Assembly (NCBI GenBank): GCA_963829655.1
Contig: CAWHJG010000002.1
Location: forward strand, 5,330,786 to 5,394,785
Source of the DNA: Pirellulales bacterium
GTDB taxonomy: Bacteria; Planctomycetota; Planctomycetia; Pirellulales; JALHPA01
Direction: 5' to 3'
Length of the DNA: 64,000 nucleotides
This document shows positions 19,682-29,861 of this stretch, one piece after another. The position numbers were made by a program, and so were the translations under genes. Within the stretch, counting starts at the first letter, position 1, and every line of letters begins with the position of its first letter. The notes below the pieces were generated by a model, which saw only the letters and a program-made list of their open reading frames with translations, made no database searches and had not been told where the DNA came from.

Positions 19682-21415
19682 TCAGGGCTTCAGCTTCGGC
19701 GGCGCGGGGGCCGGCTTCGCGCCGACCGGAGCCGACTTGGGAGATGTAGACGCGGGGCTGACCTTGGGAAGCTCCGGTGGTTTACCAACAACCGTTGGCT
19801 TTGCCGGCTCGCGCGGAGGGGTGGCCTTCGCTTGCTGAGACGAGGGAGTTCGCGCAGGAGCCTGCGCCGCGCCGACGGGCTTCGCGCCGCTCGCTATCAC
19901 GTCGCTTATTCGCCGACCAGATTGTTCACCGCGCCGCTCGCGTTCCGAGGGTGGGTCGCTCCCGCGACGTCCCATTGAGTTGCCCGAGTTGGTTCCGGTG
20001 GTCGTCGGTTTCTGATCGACCGCCCGGCGGCCTGCGCCCGCATGGTCGCTCCAGCGCCGGCCCCAAAGATTGCCAATGGGCGCGACGAGAAACACCAGCC
20101 CAAGTCCGAGCATCAAACCGCCGCCCAAACCCGCGGCAACGATCACCGGAAAGGATGGGCCAACCGGTCCGTTGCCTGGATCCGGCTGATCCAGGCGGGT
20201 GATTACGCTGGCCGATAAGGCGGCCGCCTGGCTTGCCCGGACGTCAGCCAGGTCCTTTTGCGCTTTGGTTAACGTTTCGGTCTTCTGGCGGACGTCGGAG
20301 AGCTGATTGGCGTATTCCGCTCGAAGGAGCGCAACTTTTTCGATGCGATCGTCGATGTTTGACAGTTCCTTCTGCAGCGACTCAATTTGCGCGGCGCTTA
20401 CCTTGAGATCGGCGTCAAGGTTCCCGATTACGCCGTCGATCTCCGCGTTCAATTGATCACGAACTTCCTTCTCTCCGAGCTGCGCAGCGCGAAACTCTGG
20501 ATGGTCCGGCGCAACCGGCCCGCAAGCTGGGCCGTTCGAAGCTGCGCATCGACGAGCCCATCCTTCAGCCGCCGCAGCGCCGGATGCTGATCGAACAGCC
20601 GGTGCGGCGCCTCAAGCAGGCGATTGTGATCGTGCTGCGCCTCGGTCAGCAGTTTGAGTGATTCGGTATTCGATTTCTTGCGCGAGCGCGTGGTCTCGAA
20701 TCTTGTCCTTCAGGTTATTGCTTGCCGCACGCAGATTGCTGGTGCCGGCCGTAGTTTCCACGAGCGCGCGAAGTTCATCGATATCGCCGCCGACTTTACT
20801 TTCGGTGGCCTGCAATTTTTCGGTTGTCGCCTCCAAGTCAAACTGGGACAGCGATACACTTCGCTCGAGCTCCGTGATCAGGCTCTGCGCTTTCGCCTGT
20901 CGGAAAGATTGCATTTGTCGCTCGAGCTGATCACAAACCGCCGTTGCCAAGGCGACTGCGCGCTCCTTCGTCGGCGCCGTCACTGAAAGGAAAAGCACTT
21001 CATTCCGGCCAAACTCGCTGCCTTTGGGCGGGCTCACGGTGATGGCGCCCTGTAACCCTTCCACGTCGGCGTCGGTGGGCCAGTCCTCCGATGTCTGTCC
21101 GTCGTCCTCAGGCCCCGCGGCCGTAAGCGCTGCGGCCACCACACCAGGATTGTGCGACATCTGCACGATCGTTTCCTGCGCTGTCTTCAGTGCCTCGATC
21201 GTGTCGAATCGTCCCGCTCGGTTGGTCGTGCTGCCGCCCGTCTCGTCGCGCACGACGAGCGCCTGCGATGCCTTCCACCTTTCGGGCCGCACGAGGCCGT
21301 AAGCCGCCGCCGCCAGCGTAATCGCTACCGCCGGAATAACCCACAATCGGGAATGCCTCCGCAACGTGCTAAGCAGTTGTTGCGGGCTAATCACGGAGCG
21401 TCCAGGACCAGTCAT
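19682..21415 (-). CDS. Polysaccharide chain-length determinant (Wzz/GumC-like, no kinase domain) with a Pro/Ala/Lys-rich tail; 2 frameshifts
   Basis: N-terminal TM segment (LWVIPAVAITLAAAAYGLV), a long coiled-coil region, a second TM segment (PVIVAAGLGGGLMLGLGLVFLV), then the low-complexity tail ...AKPTVVGKPPELPKVSPASTSPKSAPVGAKPAPAPPKLKP. Confidence 0.7.
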
Positions 21416-21657
21416 GGTGAGATGCTCTCTTGACGTACGAGCCGGCCTGCTTCAGCCGGAAAAGCCGCGACCTCGCTTGCGATCTCCGAAAGAGAAGCGA
21501 CGCGGAGCAGACAAATATACGTTGCATTCGACCGCGATTTTAGGACCCATCCTGCTTTCACGGACTAAACTTGCGCCGACGGGTTTGTCGTTCGACCGCG
21601 CCTGTTGCAAATGTGCAACGCACTCCAGACGGCGCGAAACTCACATTGCGAACGCTC

Positions 21658-22865
21658 ATGCACGCGCTGCAATCCGCTCAACAGAACGACGAAACCGGCT
21701 CGCAGCTTCACCTCGCGACTGAACCGGCGAACCGCGCCAGGCAGTGCCAGTTTGCCGTCCATGAAGTCAACAGTCTGAGCGCACTGGTGCAATTTCGATC
21801 CCGGTGGCATGAATTGCTCGCCTCCACGCCGGGCGCGTCCTACTTCCAGTCGTTCGACTGGTTTGCCACCTACTGGAAGCACTACGGCGCTGAGCAACGG
21901 TTGAGGGCAATGATTGTTACGTCGGGTACGAAAATCGTAGGCATCGTGCCGCTGGTCGTCGCGCGGCAAAAAACGCGCGTGGGCCGGCTGCGCGTGCTGA
22001 CGTATCCGCTCTCCAGTTGGGGTAGTTTTTACGGGCCCATCGGCGAGGACGCACACGGCCTACTGACCGCCACGTTCCAGCACATTGACGACACCGAGCG
22101 TGATTGGGACTTGATTGATCTTGTGTGGGTGGATGCCGAGGGCGCCGACGCGGGGCAAACGCGCGACGCGCTGGCCGACGCCGACCTTCCATGCGCGAAT
22201 CTGCGTGGCTTGCCAGCGTCCAGATCGAGCTCGACAGTGGTTGGGAGACTTATTGGGCCAGCCGAAAATCGCACTGGCGGAGCAACGTCCGGCGCTGCGA
22301 ACGCCTGTTGCGCGAGCGCGGCCCGGTCGAATACGTTCGCTACCGTCCACGCGGCGCTGCCTTTTGCGACGGCGATCCCCGCTGGGATCTGTACGATGCC
22401 TGTGAACAGATCGCGCGGCGAAGCTGGCAAGGCGATTCAAACACGGGGACAACGCTGTCTCATGAGAGCGTCCGACGCTATCTGCGCGAAGCGCATCAGG
22501 CGGCCGCGGAGTTTGGCGCGGTGGACCTCAATCTGTTGTATGTGAATAACCGCCCTGCCGCATTCGCCTACAACTATCGTTATCGCCACTACGTGTTCGG
22601 GCTAAGGATAGGCTTCGATCACCGGCTGGCTCACGACGGCGCCGGAACCGTGCTTCAACGGCACATGATCGAAGACTCCTGTCACCGTGGTGACCGGATA
22701 CTGGACCTTGGCCCCGGTTCGCTCGATTCGAAGCGGCATTGGCAATCGCGGTTGGCGGTTGCCTATCGGTACACTCACTATGCTACTTTCTCGCCGCGCG
22801 CTCAGATGTTGCGCGTGCTCCATGGCCTGAAGCCGCAACGCGCCAAGACGCCGTTTGGCGAATAA
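21658..22865 (+). CDS. GNAT-fold acetyltransferase of the CelD/BcsL (FemAB-like) type; 1 frameshift near 22195
   Basis: Contains SYFQSFDWFATYWKHYG, RVLTYPLSSWGSFYGPIG and WETYWASRKSHWRSNVRR...LNLLYVNNRPAAFAYNYRYR...GFDHRLAHDGAGTVL. Confidence 0.7.
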
Positions 22866-23036
22866 CGGATCGCGCATCTTCGCGCTTCCTGAAAACCGCG
22901 CCCAACGCCGCCGCTAGCCGGCATCGCGTTTGCACGCCGAACGGAAGCGGTATAAGCCGGTTGCCAGTTCATTCTCAGTGGGCGATGAACGGCCGAACTG
23001 AGTGCCCTGTTACCCCATCACAAAGGAGCGTTTCAA

Positions 23037-23573
23037 ATGGCCGTTGGATCATGGATTAAACAAGCCGTTGGCATGGGCCTTACCTTGGAGAACCTCCAGG
23101 ACTTGCTCGTTCACCAGCTCAAAGACCTGTATAGTGCCGAAGAACAGCTAATCACCGCATTGCCCAAGATGTCGGAAGCGGCCAGCTCATCGGAGCTCAA
23201 GCAGGCTTTTGATCAGCATCTGGGCGAAACGCGGCGCCAAAAGGATCGCCTCGATCAGGCGTTCCGAATGCTCAATTGTCCGGCCGAGTCGGAAAGCTGT
23301 CCGGCCATGGAAGGATTGGTCGAGGAGGGAAGCGAGATCATTGCCGCCAAGGGCGATGCCGACGTGAAGGATGCCGCGCTGATTGCCGCTGCTCAGCGTG
23401 TGGAGCACTATGAGATTGCCGCGTACGGATGTGCTCGGACGTTTGCCCAGCGTCTGGGCCGCAGCGACGTGGCGAACTTGCTCCAGCAGTCACTGGACGA
23501 GGAGGGGAACGCTGACAAGATCCTCACCGAGATTGCCGAGAGCTGGGTCAATCAGGAAGCCGCCCAGTCTTGA
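23037..23573 (+). CDS. DUF892 (YciE/YciF ferritin-like) protein
   Basis: LQDLLVHQLKDLYSAEEQLITALPKM...QHLGETRRQKDRLDQAF...AAAQRVEHYEIAAYG. Confidence 0.85.
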   Translation: MAVGSWIKQAVGMGLTLENLQDLLVHQLKDLYSAEEQLITALPKMSEAASSSELKQAFDQHLGETRRQKDRLDQAFRMLNCPAESESCPAMEGLVEEGSEIIAAKGDADVKDAALIAAAQRVEHYEIAAYGCARTFAQRLGRSDVANLLQQSLDEEGNADKILTEIAESWVNQEAAQS

Positions 23574-23638
23574 GAGAGCGCGTCAGGACTTTGATGAAAG
23601 TTTAAATTGCCCCGGCGGAAACGTCGGGGTTGCTTTTG

Positions 23639-24337
23639 CTACTGGACCTTCTTCTGCCGAAATTCGTGTTGTTCTACAAACCGCATCAGTTCCTGCTGCA
23701 AGGGCGAGGGCTTCTCGCCCTTTTTTGGCTGATGGCCCGTCAATAACTCGACGTCCACCTCCTTGGGCACCTCCAGCCGATCGAGATCGATTGACTCGTG
23801 CTCGACATAGATCGTCAAGTGGGGCGGCGCCGCCGTTGGCCGCTTGTCAATCTTTTGAGCGCCAAACTGCTTGTCGGCGGGCAACTGGTCATACCATTCG
23901 TCAAGGCGCCGTTGCGAGCCGATCATGAATACTGCGGCGACACGAATCTTTTCATGGGTTGGCGGCTCCCCGGCCGAGAGCACGACCACATGCCGCTTGC
24001 TGGCGATTGCCGCGATGCGCTCGATCAGGCGATTAGCTTCGGCCGTGTCCTTCACCTCGTAGTCAAACCAATTCGCATCGTTCGGCAACTCGCTGAACCA
24101 GTGATGCCATCCAAAGCGGCGCGCCTCGTCGTTGATCATTGCCAGCGTCCCGGGGGGCCAGTCGTACCACCTCGCACGCTGCTCGTTGAAAGGTTTACCT
24201 GGCTCAGCGATGCGATCGGTCCCAGAGATCGCACAAGCGGCACGGGGCATTGCCGAGACAATTGCCACCGCTATTCCAAATGACGACAGCCAATCGCGAA
24301 AGCGAGGGCATATCCTAATCATTGGGTTCCCTGGCAC
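23639..24337 (-). CDS. Hypothetical secreted protein
   Basis: 232-aa ORF with an N-terminal hydrophobic signal-like segment (FGIAVAIVSAMPRAACA). I recognise no family. Confidence 0.5.
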   Translation of the reverse strand: MPGNPMIRICPRFRDWLSSFGIAVAIVSAMPRAACAISGTDRIAEPGKPFNEQRARWYDWPPGTLAMINDEARRFGWHHWFSELPNDANWFDYEVKDTAEANRLIERIAAIASKRHVVVLSAGEPPTHEKIRVAAVFMIGSQRRLDEWYDQLPADKQFGAQKIDKRPTAAPPHLTIYVEHESIDLDRLEVPKEVDVELLTGHQPKKGEKPSPLQQELMRFVEQHEFRQKKVQ

Positions 24338-24418
24338 GACGTTGAGAAGTTGGAAACAGCGTCCTCTTTCCCAATAAGACGGCGCTGCCGGCGGCGCAGT
24401 TTCCTGTCTACCGGAGAC

Positions 24419-24775
24419 TTATTTCTCGTAAATCGCCCACAACAACAAGCCCAGTCCCACCGCGGCAATGAGTCCGTGTACGAACATGAACGCCAGGGGA
24501 ATGACGCGGTTTCGCAGGTGAAACAGCGTAAACATGCCAATGCCGCCCAGAGCCGCAACCACAAAGACTCCGATTGCCCAGTTCACTTCGTTGGGCATCG
24601 GTGGCGTTGTCACGGTCAACCGTTGGTAGATCAATGTGATCAGACCGGCCGCCGCGATTCCGCCATGGCCAAGCGCCAGCGCCGTCGGCGGATTCCGGTT
24701 CTTGCTCGCTCGAATGGCAACCATCAAGAGACCACCCACTGCCGCCAAACCCAACAGAATTGCCGCGATTTGCAT
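24419..24775 (-). CDS. Small integral membrane protein (about 4 TM helices)
   Basis: 118-aa ORF made almost entirely of four hydrophobic stretches separated by short polar loops. Confidence 0.6.
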   Translation of the reverse strand: MQIAAILLGLAAVGGLLMVAIRASKNRNPPTALALGHGGIAAAGLITLIYQRLTVTTPPMPNEVNWAIGVFVVAALGGIGMFTLFHLRNRVIPLAFMFVHGLIAAVGLGLLLWAIYEK

Positions 24776-24868
24776 ATGCCGCCTCCGATTTTATCCGGGT
24801 GTGACAAGTAAAAACTGAGAGTTTGATGTGCAAACGTAGTGCCGGGTATGTGGTCTTTATCCATCGGT

Positions 24869-25426
24869 TCAGTCATGTAACGCACCGGGCTCCGCACCCA
24901 ACAACCCCCGATAACTAAGTTGACCATCCACGACTTGTGCTGCGGACGTATACGGATGGGGCTTCGCGGGTGCGACACTCGTAATATGCAGCACTTCAAC
25001 GCCGCGGACCTTGAGGTAATCGGACACGAGTGAGCGGTGGCAGCGCCACCACACGGCCTCGGAACACATGATTGCCGTGCGCCTTTTTCGGGCGGAATCG
25101 AGCAATTGTCCAATTGCAAACGCGAATCCCTCGGTCTCCATGTAATCCGCGTAGCCGCGAAACTGGTCGCTTCGCCAAGCGGTGTTGTGCGATTCGGAAC
25201 TCGGTCGCCTGCGTCCTCCCAAATCCGTCATCAGAGCATAATCGATCCCCGCAAGGGTTAACGATTCATGAAGCGCCGGTTGGTTGAATTGTGGCTGCGA
25301 TCGGGAAGCGGGATAGCGGCGAATATCAACCACGAGTTCGATTCGATGCGCGCTCAAGAGATCGATGAATGCATCGATAGAACGATTCGAGTGGCCAATG
25401 GTCCAGATGGTGAGTGTGTCGGACAT
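24869..25426 (-). CDS. DUF488 domain protein
   Basis: LTIWTIGHSNRSIDAFIDLL...LVVDIRRYPASR...FRGYADYM...AIMCSEAVWWRCHRSLVSDYL. The ORF is open to 25480. Confidence 0.85.
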   Translation of the reverse strand: MSDTLTIWTIGHSNRSIDAFIDLLSAHRIELVVDIRRYPASRSQPQFNQPALHESLTLAGIDYALMTDLGGRRRPSSESHNTAWRSDQFRGYADYMETEGFAFAIGQLLDSARKRRTAIMCSEAVWWRCHRSLVSDYLKVRGVEVLHITSVAPAKPHPYTSAAQVVDGQLSYRGLLGAEPGALHD

Positions 25427-25643
25427 CGCCAAATTGTACGCGGTTGCGGGACCGAAGAATTTTTTCAAAAGGCGCGACACCGAGAGAAATACTTGGTGTT
25501 TACGTTAGAAGTGCGAGAGCGCTTAGACCAAGCGTCTCGCACCGAGCATTCTTACGTCGGCGCGATTAACGTTCGCGTTCTCACCTGACGTCGCGGCGCG
25601 CCGAGGTGCGTGCGTTCTCATTCCAACTCAAGGAGTTGCTAGC

Positions 25644-26204
25644 ATGACGCTACCGGTGCGCGCTCGTCGTTTACTTCCCCGCGGTTTTACGCTGATTGAA
25701 TTACTGGTTGTGATTGGCATCATCGGCATCCTGGTCGCGGCCCTGTTACCCGCCATCAACTATTCGCGCGCTGCCGCGCGGCGCGTGCAATGCGCGAGCA
25801 ACGTGCATCAGATCGGCGTGGCACTCGATAATTTCCTGACCGCAAAGAACGGTGGAAAATATCCCGACGTTGCCCAATTGCCGAGCGTTGTGCCTTTCCG
25901 GCCAAGCCTGGTGAAGGTGCTCGCGCCGTTCATCGAAGACAATCAAGCGGTATTTCTCTGTCCTGAAGATGAGAAGTTCTTTCCCGTCGAAGGACTGAGC
26001 TACGAGTATCGCAACAGCCGGCTGGCCAATAAGAACCGCAAGCAGGCGCTAAGGCGATCGAACGGCGAGCAGGTCAGCAGCACGCGAATGATCCTTCTCT
26101 ACGATTTTGAGTCGTTCCATGGACCCGAAGGCGAGCCAGGCGCACGAAACTACCTGTTTGCCGACGGTCATGTGGACAGCGAGGTCCCGGAGTTCAATTT
26201 TTAA
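25644..26204 (+). CDS. Short prepilin-type N-terminal methylation-motif protein (DUF1559-like)
   Basis: [37 protein letters not shown] near the start and ...[12 protein letters not shown] near the end. Confidence 0.8.
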   Translation: MTLPVRARRLLPRGFTLIELLVVIGIIGILVAALLPAINYSRAAARRVQCASNVHQIGVALDNFLTAKNGGKYPDVAQLPSVVPFRPSLVKVLAPFIEDNQAVFLCPEDEKFFPVEGLSYEYRNSRLANKNRKQALRRSNGEQVSSTRMILLYDFESFHGPEGEPGARNYLFADGHVDSEVPEFNF

Positions 26205-26214
26205 GGACGATCCA

Positions 26215-26844
26215 ATGACCAACCGACGAGTATTGAGGAAGGAGCCGCCGCCAAAACGGCGCAGCGAGAATCATTGTCCCCTCGGCAATCGTTGCGCTAG
26301 TGGGGATTGCCATCTGGTGGTTCATAGCGAGCAGAGCGCCCGCTCGGCCGCCCGAGATTGAAGCGCCGCTGGCCGAGATGCAAAAGATCCGCGAACTGCC
26401 GGCCGACAAACGCGGCGAGAAATTTCGCGAAATCCGTGAGCAGGTGTCGCAGTTGAGCCCCGAGGCACAGCGCGCGTTTCGGCGTGAAATGGGCAAAGAG
26501 CGCGCCGCCGAAATGGACAACCGTCTGAACGCGTTCTTTGCGGCGCCTACGCCGGTGGCCCGAAAAAAAGTACTCGACCAGCACATCAAGGAGACGGAAA
26601 AAATGCGAGCGCAACGAGAGGCCCGGCGACAATCGCAACCACAACAGATAGCGCAGGCGTCCGGTGCCCGCGCAGGGTCTGGCGACGGCCCATCGCGCGG
26701 CGGCCGGCGTGGTAACTTTCAGGATCGACTGGATCGCAGCTCCCCCGAAGAGCGCGCAAGCGGAGCGAATACTTCCGCGCAATGCGCGAGCGCCGCCGCG
26801 AATTGGGATTACCCGAAAACCCGTGGCCGAGGCCGCGAGCGTGA
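26215..26844 (+). CDS. Hypothetical membrane-anchored, highly charged protein (2 frameshifts)
   Basis: MTNRRVLRKEPPPKRR, then a TM segment (VALVGIAIWWFIA), then a Glu/Arg/Lys-rich region. The C-terminus ...SEYFRAMRERRRELGLPENPWPRPRA was read in a third frame. Confidence 0.4.
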
Positions 26845-26883
26845 GCAAACAGAATGTCGCGGCGATCCGGTTGAACAAATGAA

Positions 26884-27768
26884 TTACTCGACCGACTTAT
26901 CCGGCGGCAGGCCCAGCCGTTTGTACAGGTCGCGCCGGCCGGCTTTGTCCTTGTCTAGCGTTTCGCGTGCGTAGCGCGCTACCTGTTCGGCATGTTTTCG
27001 AGGAACGACGATCACACCGTCGCCATCGGCGACAATCACATCACCCGGCATTACCAACACGCCACCGACAACGATCGGCCGGTTCACGCTTTCAATCTCA
27101 TTGCGACCCGGGCGGATTCCGCGACCAACGCGCTTGAAGTATAGCGGAATGCCTTCGGCAATGATCTCGTCGGTGTCGCGGGCAGTTGCGCTGGTGACAA
27201 CACCGACGCAGCCTCGGAGCTTCCATGACATGATGTTGTTCGAGCCAATGCTTCCCACATCAACGCTTTCGGCATCCTCAATCACCAGGGCCGATCCCGG
27301 GCGAAGCAGTGGCACAAACGGTTCCGGTGAGACTTTCGAATACCAATCGCCCACCCAGCGGTCAAACTCTTTACTTTCGGCGGCCGGCTGAACAGGGCGA
27401 TTGGTGGGCACATAGCGCGCGGTGACGGCAATCCCGATGAAACGGTGCTTGTACTCCTTGGTATCGCGCGAAAGCGGAGCAACGTCGGCCGAAACCAGGC
27501 CAGTGTTCGTCAGGCCGGCCTGGTCCATGCCATCGCTGACGTCGGCGACTCGCAGGCCGTCAAACGACGCCAGGAGCTTTTGATCGCTGTCATGACGAAA
27601 GACTTCGGTCGCAATGAAGTTCTTACCGGCTCGAAGAACGGCTGCGGCGTCATTTGGCGCGACGGTTTCGCGGCTGGGAGCTTGAGCGCCCAGGCGATGT
27701 GCGTGTATCGCCGCGGCAACAAAAATTGCGATTCCTCCCATGAGCAGTGCAGTGCGACCATGGATCAT
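26884..27768 (-). CDS. RraA family protein (RraA/HMG-aldolase fold) with a signal peptide
   Basis: Contains VADVSDGMDQAGL, GSALVIEDAE, LRGCVGVVTSATARDTDE and VMPGDVIVADGDGVIVVP. Confidence 0.8.
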   Translation of the reverse strand: MIHGRTALLMGGIAIFVAAAIHAHRLGAQAPSRETVAPNDAAAVLRAGKNFIATEVFRHDSDQKLLASFDGLRVADVSDGMDQAGLTNTGLVSADVAPLSRDTKEYKHRFIGIAVTARYVPTNRPVQPAAESKEFDRWVGDWYSKVSPEPFVPLLRPGSALVIEDAESVDVGSIGSNNIMSWKLRGCVGVVTSATARDTDEIIAEGIPLYFKRVGRGIRPGRNEIESVNRPIVVGGVLVMPGDVIVADGDGVIVVPRKHAEQVARYARETLDKDKAGRRDLYKRLGLPPDKSVE

Positions 27769-27967
27769 GCTGGGACTCCTTTTTCAGACGAGAATACGAC
27801 GTGGCGGATTCCTAAGAATCGAAATGACGGACGCCGCACGCCGGGATGTGGAAATGCGGCACGGACGCCGCCGGCGACCGCCACTCTAGGAGATTCAACC
27901 ACAAGCCGCCAGCGCTACAACAGGCGCGCGGCAACTACCGGCTGGTCGACAGGCTGCACGACTTTGC

Positions 27968-28291
27968 TCACGAAGTGCCGCGCTTCATTCGAAATAAGAC
28001 GATGTAGCTGGCGCTCAGCAGAACGGTGAGCCACCCGATCCGGAGCATCATTGGCAGGCTCAATAGGCTCGGCGGCATTGGAGGAATCCAAAACGCCGTT
28101 GCAAGCAAAAAGAACAAGGCCAGCGAAGGCCAATCGAAACTACGTCCCGGTACGGATTTTTCTTCTTGGTTCGGTGTCATAATTTCGGCCACCGCTTGTC
28201 CAATGACTTGCCAAAAGGTGAGGTTAGATGCGTTTTGCTCGATGCTCATAAGATCCTCCGCAATGCTGCAACGAGGCGGCATGTTAATCAT
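27968..28291 (-). CDS. Hypothetical small membrane protein (weak call)
   Basis: 107-aa ORF with two hydrophobic segments in an otherwise gene-free gap. No family recognised. Confidence 0.3.
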   Translation of the reverse strand: MINMPPRCSIAEDLMSIEQNASNLTFWQVIGQAVAEIMTPNQEEKSVPGRSFDWPSLALFFLLATAFWIPPMPPSLLSLPMMLRIGWLTVLLSASYIVLFRMKRGTS

Positions 28292-28499
28292 AGGACGTGA
28301 TCGGGAAAGCGGGCCGTTGATCGGGCTGTTTGGCGACCGCCGCTTGCAACGCCTTTACACTTAGGAGGTTAGGCTTCCGTGAGTGGCCAAATTCCGGTGG
28401 CCTTGCCACGTCAACTCGAATAGGATTAGGGACGATCCTCAGCTGCCCCGTGACGCAAACTGTGTTTTCTTACGAGTAAAGAGCTTGCCAAAACCATCG

Positions 28500-29120
28500 A
28501 TGATACCAACGACTGTAGGGATTGCGACGACGCTTCTCGTTCTGTGTGTTTCGCCGAGCATTGGCGTGACGGCGGAATTGACGGCGACCCGCGGCGGTGT
28601 GTTGCCCGAGAAGGCTCGCCAACTGGAACTCGCCAGCGTGAATGGGACAAAAGTTCGCCCGTTGGACGCGCACGAAGGCAAGCCGTCGGTCGTTGTCTTT
28701 GTGCTTCACGATTGTCCGATTTCAAACAAGTACGCGCCGGAAATCCAACGATTGGCCGATGAGTTTGGAAAGAAGAGTGCGCGTTTTTACGTCGTGCACG
28801 TGGATCCCGAGCTGACCGATGGTGACGCGGCAAAGCACGCCGAAGAATATCGGTACAAACTTCCGGTGCTCGTGGACCGAAAGCACGATCTGGTACGCGC
28901 ACTGAGAGCAACGACCGCGCCCGAGGCGTTTATCATCGGCAGCGATAGCAAGGTGCAATACCGCGGACGCATCGACGATCGCTATGTCGCCTTGGGTAAG
29001 CCGCGACACGAAGTCCGCGAGCGCGACTTACGCCGAGCGCTCGAGGCGGTGATCGAAGGCCGCCAGGTGGAAGTCGCGGAGACGAAGCCGGTTGGATGTT
29101 TGATACCGGAAATAGAGTAG
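28500..29120 (+). CDS. Thioredoxin-fold (redoxin/AhpC-TSA-like) secreted protein
   Basis: Signal peptide MIPTTVGIATTLLVLCV, then GKPSVVVFVLHDCPISNKYAPE...APEAFIIGSDSKVQYRGRIDD. The ORF is open from 28383. Confidence 0.7.
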   Translation: MIPTTVGIATTLLVLCVSPSIGVTAELTATRGGVLPEKARQLELASVNGTKVRPLDAHEGKPSVVVFVLHDCPISNKYAPEIQRLADEFGKKSARFYVVHVDPELTDGDAAKHAEEYRYKLPVLVDRKHDLVRALRATTAPEAFIIGSDSKVQYRGRIDDRYVALGKPRHEVRERDLRRALEAVIEGRQVEVAETKPVGCLIPEIE

Positions 29121-29240
29121 CGAATTCGAGCGACTACCCCCCTTCACCGTCCGAGTCTGGAAAAAAACGGGTCGCTACGTCGTCGCCAAGCCCCTGATTG
29201 GCGCATCGAATCGCAGCGACCCGTGTATCGAGACCAAGCG

Positions 29241-29858
29241 TCAGTTCTTCCCGTTCTTGCGTTGGTTGAGCTCCAGACTCCGCCAGCAGTACCAACTTCC
29301 GACCGAGGCGTACGGCCGCCAGCGCTCGGCTACTCGGTGGCTGGTTTCCTTGTCGGGCAAATCCGCCAGCCCGTAGAGACGCCGGATCGCCGAACGTACA
29401 CCAAGGTCATCGTGGGGGAACACATCCAGCCGGCCGGCCGAAAAGATTAAAAACATCTGCGCCGTCCAGCGTCCGATCCCTTTTACCTGCGTAAGTTCGG
29501 CGATGACCTCTTCGTCCGAGAGGCGATGGAAGCTGCGAAAGCGAATCGTCCCATCGACCGTCTTTTGTGCCAGGTCGAGCAGGTAACCTGTCTTCTGCGG
29601 CGAAACTCCGAGCGCACGAAGCTCGGCCGGGCGCATCTGTGCGATCATTGCGGCCGTGAAGCGTGTAGTACCGAGCCGCTTTTCCAGCCGCTTTCGAATC
29701 GAGCGCGCTGCGCTTGTGGAGATTTGCTGAGAAAGGATCGAGCGGACGAGCATGCGAAACCCGTGCCCACGCGGCTTGAGCGTGAACGGACCGACCGCTT
29801 CTATCACGCGCCGCATGGCGGGGTCATTTGCACAAAGGTGCGCAATCGCGGCATCCAC
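29241..29858 (-). CDS. DNA-3-methyladenine glycosylase II family (HhH-GPD)
   Basis: [18 protein letters not shown]...[34 protein letters not shown]...[13 protein letters not shown]. Confidence 0.85.
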   Translation of the reverse strand: MDAAIAHLCANDPAMRRVIEAVGPFTLKPRGHGFRMLVRSILSQQISTSAARSIRKRLEKRLGTTRFTAAMIAQMRPAELRALGVSPQKTGYLLDLAQKTVDGTIRFRSFHRLSDEEVIAELTQVKGIGRWTAQMFLIFSAGRLDVFPHDDLGVRSAIRRLYGLADLPDKETSHRVAERWRPYASVGSWYCWRSLELNQRKNGKN

Positions 29859-29861
29859 GGC

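Noticed and set aside
18456-29241. Search for defence, prophage or mobile-element content (NTase+HD, DUF488, small membrane proteins).
   Set aside because: No integrase, transposase, recombinase, toxin-antitoxin pair, restriction or CBASS-type partner genes were recognised. The NTase-HD protein stands alone next to polysaccharide genes.
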